Below are positions 9,620 to 21,447 of a stretch of DNA of 40,926 nucleotides, in pieces. Both the position numbers and the translations under genes were made by a program. Each line of letters starts with the position of its first letter. Position 1 is the stretch's first letter. The notes below the pieces were generated by a model, which was not told where the DNA came from, searched no databases, and was given only the letters and a program-made list of their open reading frames with translations. Source of the stretch: Octopus bimaculoides (Eukaryota); the NCBI RefSeq assembly GCF_001194135.2, contig NC_068995.1, positions 22,409,495 through 22,450,420 on the forward strand. Direction: 5' to 3'.

Positions 9620-11400
9620 CTATTTCTTTTATTTAGGCACATCGCCTTTATAAAGAGGGGACGCCACAAGGACAGACAAAACAATACATTGGTGTACATA
9701 TAGATACATATCGAATGAATTATGAATATGATGACAATGAGGATGAAATGACTTACTAGCCCGCCAAAGCAAGTGGTTTCATTTTACTGTTTTTAAATTA
9801 CAGTTTTACTTTACAGTCTTGTATCTTTTTCTTTAACACAAAATTACAACGAATACTACTATATCGTCAAAAATTATATCAGGCGGCAGCTCGTCGTATC
9901 TAAACTGAAGTGATGATATTTCAACTCTTTGTTTCCAAATAGTTCTAACTTCTCCCCTCTTTCTCTCTCCAGCAGCACGCCTCTCTTACCTTCATGGTTT
10001 GCCATTTTCACTCTGAAAACATTTTTCATTTTTGCCACCCTCTTTTCAATTTAGACGTTTTTTTTTTCATATACTATGAGGCTTCTTAAGTTTCTCCCTG
10101 TTGGCATCGTTCTCTGATATCCTTCACCACCCTCTTCGTCCGTCTCAATTACCTCTGTCTTTACTTCGCTGTCTCTTCCGTTTCCTTCCTTCTTTCGTAT
10201 TCCTTCTTCCTTGATAGTTAAAGGCGACGGTTCGTGCATTCGCACTTCACTTCATTTTTCATTTGATTTTCCATTTTTTTCTCTTTTCTTTCTTGTTCTC
10301 TTCGTTTGTCTTTCTTCTTTTCTCCTTGGGACTTTTTGGTGGTGATTCTAAGTTCTTTTTTTCTTTTCACCACTGTAAATTGCTCCTCCATTTGCTCCTC
10401 CTCTACGGCTGTACTCTCTTCTTCTTGAATTTCTTTTACTCTAATTTCCTCCTCGTTTTTTCTGGAGACAGCTGGCCTTCGTGTGTCCCCTTACTCCACA
10501 CAAAAAACATATTGGAGGTCTACCCGCCGCCACCATTCTTAGCGTAATATCTTCTGGTAGAAGAATGCCTTCTTCAATTCCGTGTAAGTATTTTAAACAA
10601 ACTTGAATCACCATCTCTAGGCCGTAGCCCCAACAATTAACTTTCTTTGTACTGGTTATCTTCGAAATCCTTGTATCTTCCTCCATTCCGTGCATGACTG
10701 CTGACACCAGCCATGCCTCTTCGATCTCGGGGGACACTCTGCTAAACTCTCACTCAGGCAACACGTTTGCCACAGTACGTCGGCAGCAGCACCCACTCTT
10801 GTGTCCTTATAGGGTCAGTGGAGTGGTTAATAGCGTCCCCTCGTTGGAGAACCTGACCTCCACTGTGCCGTATTTTCTTCCGCATGTATAGAAGATGGTT
10901 AATCCTTTCACGTAGACATTCCTCAATTGCCTCTATTGGAGCAATCTCTATTTCTTTGGTTGCGTTTGATAACGTCCTGTACACAACTGTTTTCCTTGCT
11001 ACATTCTTCGTCACTTCTTCTGGTGGGTTCAGCTTTAACCTGGTCCCTTCTTTTTGTAACAATTTGTTTCCTTTTTTCCATTCCTTTGTGTCTATTTGTA
11101 TCTCGCGAACTTCAAGGGTGTTAGTCGTAATACCTTGTGTAGTTGCGAATGCATAAATTGCGACACGCTCCATTTCACCTTTCACCACTTCACCCATAAA
11201 TCTCCAAAACAGGCAAAAGCAGCGACAGAATTCAACAATTTAGCAATCCAAGAATGTAACAATTTAACGAATATTGGTTCATCCGCGCGGGGAGACCTAC
11301 AACAATATATAATAACAGTGTGTAACAATTTAACTCACGTTTTAAAGAAATCAACTCCAACACCCAAAAATTGTGTGGCGACTTTTTCCCCACACACTCT
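9620..11400 (-). mobile_element. Putative ORF1-only (gag-like) non-autonomous retroelement
   Basis: About 200-nt leader, a ~440-codon broken ORF with a CCHC knuckle, then ~250 nt ending in ...AATAAAGAAAT. No endonuclease or RT sequence follows. Confidence 0.55.
9874..11197 (-). pseudogene. LINE ORF1/gag-like nucleic-acid-binding protein with CCHC zinc knuckle, frameshifted
   Basis: Joined ORFs 10754-11197, 10441-10737 and 10051-10245, plus read-through of one stop to 9874. Contains GRPPICFLCGVRGHTKASC (CX2CX4HX4C) and an E/K-rich tail with FTVVKRKK. Confidence 0.75.
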
Positions 11401-11465
11401 GTGCATGTCCATTTATATTGTGGCACAGTCTCTTAGGAGCCATCCAAATAGGTGCATTCTACTTC

Positions 11466-11510
11466 CATACCACAGTATGTATGTATGTATGTATGTATGT
11501 ATGTATGTAT
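11466..11510. repeat. (GTAT)n microsatellite
   Basis: Direct reading. Confidence 0.95.
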
Positions 11511-12294
11511 TGGAAAATGTATGGTGGATTTATTCATAATCTATTGGGTTCGTTTACAGAAAATTGAAACAGGTCCAAAACACATAAAATGAAATGAAGT
11601 GCTCAGTTGCTAAACGTAGTGTGTCGAAACATAAAAACCTCATTCATTTCATGCTTCTACTAACCTACCTACGAGTAAAACCGACTTAAGGTATATTTGA
11701 AGTAACGCGAAACAGAACTTAATGCTTGCTTTCAATTAGTTTACTATCGTTTGGGGTGTTAAGAAAATATTTCCAAATATAGTTTTGATAACACATATGT
11801 GCATGAATTTATATGGATATATAAATATATATACATACATATAAATACATATACATACATAAATGCATGCACACATGTAAACGCATATGTACGTATATCC
11901 ATCTTTGCATTAGTTGATATCACTACACTACAATATCCAATAGCCACTTTCAGCCATTAGAAATTCACCGTCTCTTACTGCTGCTCCTCTATTTCATCTC
12001 ACTTCAAGCACACTGAATCCATTATACAATTCGCAGTCATCGATTTCGATTTCTTGTTAGAATGTGAAAATTTTGCAATCCACCATGCCACTCATTGACA
12101 CTTCTCTCCTACACTATCCACATTTCTGATACTTACAAACTGAATTCTAAACTCTAACTGAAAGCATTTTCACCAGCATTTTCCAAGTTCGACGAACACT
12201 ACACACTTACCTCATGACCGCGCCTGTTTCTCCTGCATCATTTCTTCTTGCTTGTAAAGAATCAGAGAAATTTCGAAGAGCCTTCAAGGCTACC

Positions 12295-12454
12295 ACCTAC
12301 GTAATCAAGGATTTAAAAGTTGGATTGTCGTAGTTACAACACATAGTTACAGCACTGCAACTATAAGTTGCCCTACCTACGTAATCAAGGATTTAAAAGT
12401 TGGATTGTCGTAGTTACAACACATAGTTACAGCACTGCAACTATAAGTTGCCCT
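12295..12454. repeat. Perfect 80-bp tandem duplication
   Basis: 12295-12374 is identical to 12375-12454 by eye. CCTACGT occurs at both outer boundaries. Confidence 0.93.
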
Positions 12455-14230
12455 ACGTCTCACAAAATTTTTACTAGGCTTCTAGCGATCTCAATATGCA
12501 TCAATAGTCCGCATGAATGCTTTAACGAAAACATTCGTTGTAAACTTCAACATATGACAGGTGAACCTGTCACCACCAACTTGAACGCAACTGGCTACAC
12601 ATTACCCACTGTATCTCTGCACTTGATTGGTCTGCTCAAGGAAGCGTAAGAATCATGCCACCTTGGGATCATGCCACCGTTGTGTTTTAAAAAATGTTTT
12701 CCTTTCTTTGCATCCATTCCTTGTAAATATAGTAATTTCTGCTTTATCACTCACTCACTATTATTTCTTGTCTACGCTTTCAGTCTTCAGCTGTTTCGTG
12801 TTCTCTAAGTAGCTGTCAAAAGAGATAATCGAGAGGATCTAAAGTACTTGTATCTTCCTTTTCTTTCCATTTAATCGCAAACCTGAAAAAAGTTGTTGCT
12901 CGAAACGGTTGAAACTCCATCCCAACGGCATCTAGATTTAATTAGTTTCGTTCTCTGTTCTAATAACAAAAATTCTTGCTGAAACGAACCACCACCAGCT
13001 TCTTGCAAAATAATTTATATATACATACTTATATACATACATAAATGCAAAGATACAAATACACACACGGCATACATGCAGATTTATATATTTATACATA
13101 AAAACAAACATTAACACACCACATCTATAATTATATACTTCACTAAAGATACTGTTACCCCCTTTTGATTGCTATATTTTCGCTAGTCTCACTTTGGGAA
13201 TTCACTGTTTTGTTTATATTGAGATATGTTATACGAGGAAGATATTCTCATATCAAGATCGATAATATGGAGCACTCGAGCTAAAATTACTATGGCTTTT
13301 GGATCTCTAGTATTTTTATACAGCATTTCATCGCCTCCCCTTACATTCTCCATTAAACTGTTAAGAACTACTTTCAAAACTGTCTCCATTTTCATTTATG
13401 TTATGATTAGGGATATTGCTTCATATCCATTTCGCTCGATATCGCTGAAGCTCGTTCCTTGTAAGTTCATTTCTTTAATAAAACATTTTATGTTCACAAG
13501 CAGGGCTGTTATTGTAAAATAATTCTCTGTATATTTACAGTGATGTTATTTTAATTTTCAATCTCAGCATATATTTTCGCTTTCTGTTTCTGAGATAAAA
13601 TGGAAGCTTGTGTACTATATGGTATTATCATGTCATACGTAATGCGTGAAATACAATGGTTATATTTCTCCTTGTTTAGGAATATCTTTATCTATAAATA
13701 TTCACATCGCTTAGGCGTGTTGAATATTTCGCTGGATTTTCATGATAGGATCATAGCTGAAATATTACGCACAAACGATTCCATAATTAACACTTCCAAC
13801 TAAGTCTAACCTCGTTGTTTGTACAACTATGTTTGGTAACGGTTAGTGAAAAAGATAACTTTAACAATCACTCACATAAGTGACAGAGTATAAGATCATG
13901 CATGTAAACATGATCATGTGAAAGAAATGGATTCAATTTGGCTTTTTGTTTCTACTAGTAGGTCATTATTTACAAGTAAAATATAGCGACACGAAACTAG
14001 AGTGATTTTCTTTTGACCTATTTGGAGGTATTCTTTGCGACCGGGAGATTTCAAATAAAATTGTATGAAACACATTTCCAGAATATACATTTGTTATATG
14101 ATATATATCGGATACAGTGTATATGAAACCTGGTGAGAGGTGATAGTGAATGCTTCAAAACACTGAAAATAACAGTACAGTCATTGAATATATACACACA
14201 TACATACATGCATATAAATATATATATATA

Positions 14231-14261
<31 letters not shown>

Positions 14262-15969
14262 NNNNNNNNNNNNNNNNNNNNNNNNNNNNNNNNNNNNNNN
14301 NNNNNNNNNNNNNNNNNNNNNNNNNNNNNNNNNNNNNNNNNNNNNNNNNNNNNNNNNNNNNNNNNNNNNNNNNNNNNNNNNNNNNNNNNNNNNNNNNNNN
14401 NNNNNNNNNNNNNNNNNNNNNNNNNNNNNNNNNNNNNNNNNNNNNNNNNNNNNNNNNNNNNNNNNNNNNNNNNNNNNNNNNNNNNNTATATATAAGTATA
14501 TGTATAAGTATATATATATTCTCTTCATATTCGTGTCTTGGTTTGATTGATAGATTGCGTATGTTTTATCATGTATTTCTGTGTACACGTCTGTGTGTGT
14601 GTGCGCGCGTACGTGTGTGTGTAGGATTGGCTTCTGCCACCTGGTGTGCTTCAGCATACGACCTGCCAGTGCACCTCTTAAGACATACTAACTACTTCAT
14701 GAGATATGTGTGTCACTACATTATTGAAATATTTGTATACCTTTGCAGAAGTAACATAACACAAACCAACGAATTATACAGACAAGAAGTAACAATACCA
14801 TATTAAAGCCCAGCTTGACCATTGTTTATGTATTATTATGCATCTATCTTTATTCTTTCTGTTTAAATAATTCTAGATACATACACACATGCACGCACAC
14901 ATACACACACATATATATACACACATGTATATTCACATACATACACACACATATATACATATATATATATTTATATATATGTATACATATATATTTATAT
15001 ATGTATATATATATATATANNNNNNNNNNNNNNNNNNNNNNNNNNNNNNNNNNNNNNNNNNNNNNNNNNNNNNNNNNNNNNNNNNNNNNNNNNNNNNNNN
15101 NNNNNNNNNNNNNNNNNNNNNNNNNNNNNNNNNNNNNNNNNNNNNNNNNNNNNNNNNNNNNNNNNNNNNNNNNNNNNNNNNNNNNNNNNNNNNNNNNNNN
15201 NNNNNNNNNNNNNNNNNNNNNNNNNNNNNNNNNNNNNNNNNNNNNNNNNNNNNNNNNNNNNNNNNNNNNNNNNNNNNNNNNNNNNNNNNNNNNNNNNNNN
15301 NNNNNNNNNNNNNNNNNNNNNNNNNNNNNNNNNNNNNNNNNNNNNNNNNNNNNNNNNNNNNNNNNNNNNNNNNNNNNNNNNNNNNNNNNNNNNNNNNNNN
15401 NNNNNNNNNNNNNNNNNNNNNNNNNNNNNNNNNNNNNNNNNNNNNNNNNNNNNNNNNNNNNNNNNNNNNNNNNNNNNNNNNNNNNNNNNNNNNNNNNNNN
15501 NNNNNNNNNNNNNNNNNNNNNNNNNNNNNNNNNNNNNNNNNNNNNNNNNNNNNNNNNNNNNNNNNNNNNNNNNNNNNNNNNNNNNNNNNNNNNNNNNNNN
15601 NNNNNNNNNNNNNNNNNNNNNNNNNNNNNNNNNNNNNNNNNNNNNNNNNNNNNNNNNNNNNNNNNNNNNNNNNNNNNNNNNNNNNNNNNNNNNNNNNNNN
15701 NNNNNNNNNNNNNNNNNNNNNNNNNNNNNNNNNNNNNNNNNNNNNNNNNNNNNNNNNNNNNNNNNNNNNNNNNNNNNNNNNNNNNNNNNNNNNNNNNNNN
15801 NNNNNNNNNNNNNNNNNNNNNNNNNNNNNNNNNNNNNNNNNNNNNNNNNNNNNNNNNNNNNNNNNNNNNNNNNNNNNNNNNNNNNNNNNNNNNNNNNNNN
15901 NNNNNNNNNNNNNNNNNNNNNNNNNNNNNNNNNNNNNNNNNNNNNNNNNNNNNNNNNNNNNNNNNNNNN

Positions 15970-16034
<65 letters not shown>

Positions 16035-16036
<2 letters not shown>

Positions 16037-18440
16037 GTGTGTATGTATGTCTGGTGATTGTCTACCCCTTATGCGGAATTTGACTATATCATGTACCTAT
16101 AGCTTAGAACCATCATGGCATCTGACGTGGCTTTTTAAACCAGATATTGTTTGAAAAAGAAACCCACATAGGTTGCATATCCGATTTGAACCACCAAGAG
16201 CTGCAGTTAAATTCTGATCTTTGTAGATGACAAGACGTCTTTTGAGGCCTCCGTTAGATTTGCAGACCTTCTGGCATACAAAGGTGTGATTAGACATATA
16301 GGTGGAATAGTTGGTGGAGGCTCGTTTTCCATGGGTTCGGAAATGAGATTTGAGCCAAGTAAAAGAAAGGCATGGTCTGTGACACAAATGTCCTTGTGAT
16401 TCATCTTTTCGATTGTAACATTCTTCTTTAAATCTCTCTTGAGTATTGCATGCCTTCATCTGGCCTCTGCAAAGGGTCTTATTCCACGCCACGCTTCTGT
16501 TCGCTATCCAGTTCGATCCGAAGCAAAGGTTTCTATGTCCTCTGAATCCATTCCAAGTCACACGTAAAACAACTGCTTGGGCGTGCGTTCATCCACAATT
16601 CGAACAATATAGCCACACCACCTCATTTGGTTTTTCAAAATCATAGCTTCAACTGAGGTGATGCCTTGTGATGCAAGGAAATCTGTATTTAGAGTAAAAT
16701 AACTCCATTTAAGTTTTAAAATACGATGAAGGCAGTGTTGGTGGAATTGTTCTAACAATTTGAAATGCATTTCATAACACGTCCATGATCAGAAGAGTAC
16801 AACAGGGATGATAAGACAAATAATTCGTAAAAACCCAATTTTGAATAGCTATTCATATGTCATTGGTGCCAAAAGCGTGACTAGAAGCCACCAAATGCAT
16901 GTACTGCCCTTTGAATTCGCAGATGTACTTCTGCATCCAGATTTCCATGATTTTGTACAGAGCTTTCAAGGTAGATGAAATAATCAACACCCTAAAGTAA
17001 CTTAACCGTAACAAAAAAGTTTAGGTAGGTTGTAAACAGCACGCCATGCTGGTTGATACATTACAAATGTTTTCTTTTTTTTCTTTTTCAAGTTGATAGT
17101 CAAGCCCAAATCATCAGAAGCTGAGTCAAATGCAGATACAAGAGAATGCAGACCTGTTTCAGAATGACTGACCAGATCGCAATCGTCAGCGTATAAGCGT
17201 TCCCTAATGAATGAAGTAAAAACCTTCGTTTTGAATTTCAGTCTCGTCAGATTAAAAACATACTCTGTTGTTCGATAGTGTATGTAAATATCCTCCTTTG
17301 AGTTTTGAAAAGCGTTTGACAACACAACAGCAAAATATATTCCAAGGTGGGTGTGTGCATCAAGGTCGCCTTGCTTTACTCCAATTTCCACGGCAAAACA
17401 TTCAGAGAGCCTACCACCCAAATTAAGTCTAGCTTTCATATCTTGATGCAAAGCCCTGATCATGTTTACAAATTTTTCTGGGCAACAAATTTTCCTAAGA
17501 ATTAGCCACAGAGCATTTCGATTAACAGTATCGAATACTTTGCACAAATCAAAAAATCAATGGTATAGAGCAAGATTCTCTTCAATGCACTTGTCTTGCA
17601 ATTGTCTGATACAGTAAAGATACAGTCAGCTGTTCCCCTGAAGGAGCGAAAACCAGACTGAGACTCAGACACCATATCTGGGACTATGAAGATACTTAAA
17701 TATTCTAACAGAATTTCCAACCACAGACATAAGCGAAATCCCACAAACGTTACCACACATATCCTTTGGCCCTGATTTATACAAGAAAACTAAAATGACA
17801 TCACTCCGGTCTTGAGGCACTTTCTCAGTTCTTCAACAGTGTCAAATTAATATATTCAACAGTTCAAACATTTTGTCTTCCCCATATTTCAAGACCTAAA
17901 AAATGTCATTTAGAGTTGGTTCAATTGCCATCACTCCTATAACTGGAATGTGTTCAATATTTTCTAACTCCTATAACTGGAATGTGTTCATTATTTTCTA
18001 TCATCCTCATGTCAGCGGATGGTGGGCTATTCAAAATTGCAGAAAAATGTTCTACTCAGTGTTTATGAATAGAAGCGGTGTCAGTCAGAAGCAAACGTCC
18101 AGTTACTGTTCTCACTGGAGCTATTGAAGATTTTGGACAATATACCTCCTTAACATAAGTGTAGAAATCCTTGGCGTCATTTCTATCAGCTGCTCACCAG
18201 AGAGACAGGTTTCAGAGAACGCAACTATATCAAGCGTCTGACTTCTTGTTGAAATTATCATCAATATTTGTGCGCACATTCTAAAAGCCAAATTTTAGAG
18301 AATGTTTAATTTTACATTTTGTTGAAGATTGATTGACCACAGTGGCAGAATGAAGAACAGTCCCAGCCTGTGATACACTGGGACACGTGCCGAGCAAGAC
18401 CTGTTTTCCCCTGACGTTCCAGAGCCTTTTCGATCATTTA
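16035..18440 (-). mobile_element. RTE-clade (BovB-like) LINE, internally deleted and decayed
   Basis: GF*NVRT and LDIVAFSET (APE N-terminus); ADRNDAKDFY...EHF linker; SQSGFRSFRGT; KVFDTVNR; GVKQG; LYADDCDL; QMRWCGYIVR; C-terminal CNLCG...KSHVRCH finger. The 3' end runs into a (CATA)n tail. Confidence 0.92.
17933..18000. repeat. 34-bp tandem duplication inside the RTE LINE
   Basis: ACTCCTATAACTGGAATGTGTTCA(A/T)TATTTTCTA twice, with one mismatch. Confidence 0.9.
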
Positions 18441-19312
18441 CTGTATCTGTTTGAGACATTTTAGAGTAAACTACAAGTGTGTTTTTACCAATCCAATAAT
18501 TTTACTAAGATTTGCTGTACAAAAAATATCAGTGCAGATGTATAATTTTCAGTGGGTGCAGCTTGCACTGCACTACCCCCACTTAATGGCGCAAGAAGAC
18601 TTTCGCCGATGTGACATGAAAATTGACAAAGGCAGGAACTTCCGATGCCTCAGGTTTTATTTCGGAGATTTCCTTCTCCAATCTAGATAACCAACCAAGG
18701 TTAAAGAGCTTCTACCTGCCCATGAGGTAATCTGTCCCATTCCAGACACCAAACCGACACCCAAACACTCTATAAAGTGATCAAATATCACTCCGGCGTG
18801 CGACGTGGAGTAGCTCATTCATAAATGAAAATGAAAAAAACATCAAGACATGTGATTTACAAATGTAAATAAGATTTACGTATAAATAATATATATATAT
18901 ATAAAAGTAAAAAATATATANNNNNNNNNNNNNNNNNNNNNNNNNNNNNNNNNNNNNNNNNNNNNNNNNNNNNNNNNNNNNNNNNNNNNNNNNNNNNNNN
19001 NNNNNNNNNNNNNNNNNNNNNNNNNNNNNNNNNNNNNNNNNNNNNNNNNNNNNNNNNNNNNNNNNNNNNNNNNNNNNNNNNNNNNNNNNNNNNNNNNNNN
19101 NNNNNNNNNNNNNNNNNNNNNNNNNNNNNNNNNNNNNNNNNNNNNNNNNNNNNNNNNNNNNNNNNNNNNNNNNNNNNNNNNNNNNNNNNNNNNNNNNNNN
19201 NNNNNNNNNNNNNNNNNNNNNNNNNNNACTTTCATACTTTCCATCTCATTATTTCCTAACACTCTGCTTGCAAAGATAATTATAAGGCTGAATGCTTTTT
19301 TTTCTGATTATT

Positions 19313-19519
19313 ACTACTATAATAATAACAATAACACTAATAATAATGATAATAATAATAATAATAATAACAACAACAACAACAACAATAATAATAATAA
19401 TAATAATGATTATGATTATTATTATTATTATTATTATTATGATATTTGTTGCTTTTGCTGTTGTTGATGATGTCATTTGTTGTTATCTTTATCGCGAGAC
19501 GGCAATGGAAATAGAAAGA

Positions 19520-19580
<61 letters not shown>
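19313..19580. repeat. (AAT)/(AAC)/(ATT) compound microsatellite and perfect (TAG)n at 19521-19580
   Basis: Direct reading. Confidence 0.92.
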
Positions 19581-20269
19581 CCCAGCCGAAGAAGTTGATT
19601 TTACATTAAATTCTATCTATATTTTTTTCTATTATTAGCACATTTCCATCGTCTCTGTATATTTGTTATAGCTCATTCATGAAGTAAAAATGCTAAGATA
19701 TGTGTATATAGGTATGTCTGTCTGTCCGTATGTATGTATGTATAATTATATGTAAGTATGCATGCATGCACGCATGTATGTATGTATCTATGTTTGTATG
19801 TATGTATTATGTATGTATGTATGCATGGATGTATGGATAGATGTATGTATGTATGTATGTATGTATGTATAGATGGATGGATGGTTGGATGTATTCTGCG
19901 TTTTGATTCAAAATCCTGTAGAAGACATTTATTTCTACAGAAACCACTTTTACTCCTTAACACTACGCTTTTTGTACTCTTCACTTCCCCGAAGCAAATT
20001 TCGTGAGAATACTATCCCTACAGTTAACTGAATTGCTTAAAATATCTATTTCATTTTTCATCTCCTGCCACTTAGTTTTGTGGCTTCGTAATTTGATGCC
20101 CACCAGTAATGTTCAATTCATTTCTTTTTTCAACACCAGATATATTTAATCTTGTTGAATGTCATATCCTTCCACAACGTTCACCGTTATTTGAAGTTAA
20201 TAATTATTCTAGATTCAATTCACATAAAATCATTTTAAGTAAACCGTCTTAAAAATGAAAGAAATAATA

Positions 20270-20620
20270 TTACATTTTGGTATATATAATCTCTTCTGCT
20301 CAATATTTTGAATAGTGTGATTAGTAGTATAAAATTTTGTCTTCCTATAAAATGCATTACACCTTTGTATATATCATTCTATCGATTGCCGTCCTTTTCA
20401 TAACATATCTGATTCCTTCTTTCTTTGTATGTTTGCTATTAATATTGTGGCAAGTATGACATGTTGATTTGATTCCTCCCTCTGAGTGAGTGAATATGTT
20501 GTGCACATTTGGTTTTGAATGTTCTCCCGGATAGTCTTGTACATTCTGTTTCAATACTATATGTTGCGTTTACCTCATGTCTATACACCAACGCCTTTGT
20601 TGTACTTTTTCCATAGTAAT
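20270..20620 (-). mobile_element. Highly decayed Penelope-like GIY-YIG endonuclease fragment
   Basis: Broken peptides ALVYRHEV...GRTFKTKCAQHIHSLR...K.EGIRY...IDR resemble the VYKA.V...YIG.T...FK.R...H..SF endonuclease of Neptune/Naiad-type PLEs. Confidence 0.4.
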
Positions 20621-20775
20621 GACTATTTTCTGTTTATGAAATTTCAGTCTTCTGCATTCAGGTATCATTTTTAAGCTCTTCCGCTTTGATGTATGATGTC
20701 CGTGGATTGCTCAACCTCTTGCACGATAATTTAATGAGCAGACTGTTTCTTTTATCGTATCAGCTGGGACCCTTA

Positions 20776-20996
20776 TACGCGCGCGCGCACACGCACACAC
20801 ACACACACATATATATACATATATATACACGCACACACAGATGGATGAATTGATAGACAGATGAATAGATATATAGATACATACATACATACATACATAC
20901 ATACATACATACATACATACACAGACAGACAGTCAGTCAGATAGATAGATTGATAAATGGATAGATAGATAGATACTTTCTCTGTCTCTCTCTCTA

Positions 20997-21059
<63 letters not shown>

Positions 21060-21075
21060 ACCACACACACACACT
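20776..21075. repeat. Compound microsatellite cluster (CG, CA, TACA, GATA, CT, TA)
   Basis: Direct reading. Confidence 0.92.
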
Positions 21076-21416
21076 GTTCGTTGTACTTTAGATTTTATTG
21101 CAATGCCCCTCATTGTAAGGATATTTTATAATGCGTGACTGTATTGCTTTGCTGAATATTACTTTCAATGATGACTGACATTACTTTGCTAACTTTATCT
21201 CCTTCGTGTTTTATAAATGCTGATAGTTTCTCAAAGTTGTAGCTAATAGATATTTTCCGATATAGTAAATGTTTATCTGAGTTTCTCACATATATCACAG
21301 GTTTACTGTATATAAGGCTGCGTTCACTGTAATATTTATAATACATTGCTAGATATCTGAATTTTCTTCATTTATTATTTGTTACATCCGTTTATGTGAT
21401 ATTATACTGCGAGCCC

Positions 21417-21447
<31 letters not shown>

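Noticed and set aside
12295-12454. Direct repeats considered as a CRISPR-like array
   Set aside because: Two adjacent units without spacers, in a eukaryotic context with no cas genes.
12000-12650. Protein-like open stretches around the 80-bp duplication
   Set aside because: Multiple stops, no recognisable motif or splice structure.
13189-13600. Minus-strand frame with few stops (…FIKEMNLQG…MKMETVLKVV…)
   Set aside because: No recognisable domain; overlapping ORFs on both strands suggest chance. A BLASTX would settle it.
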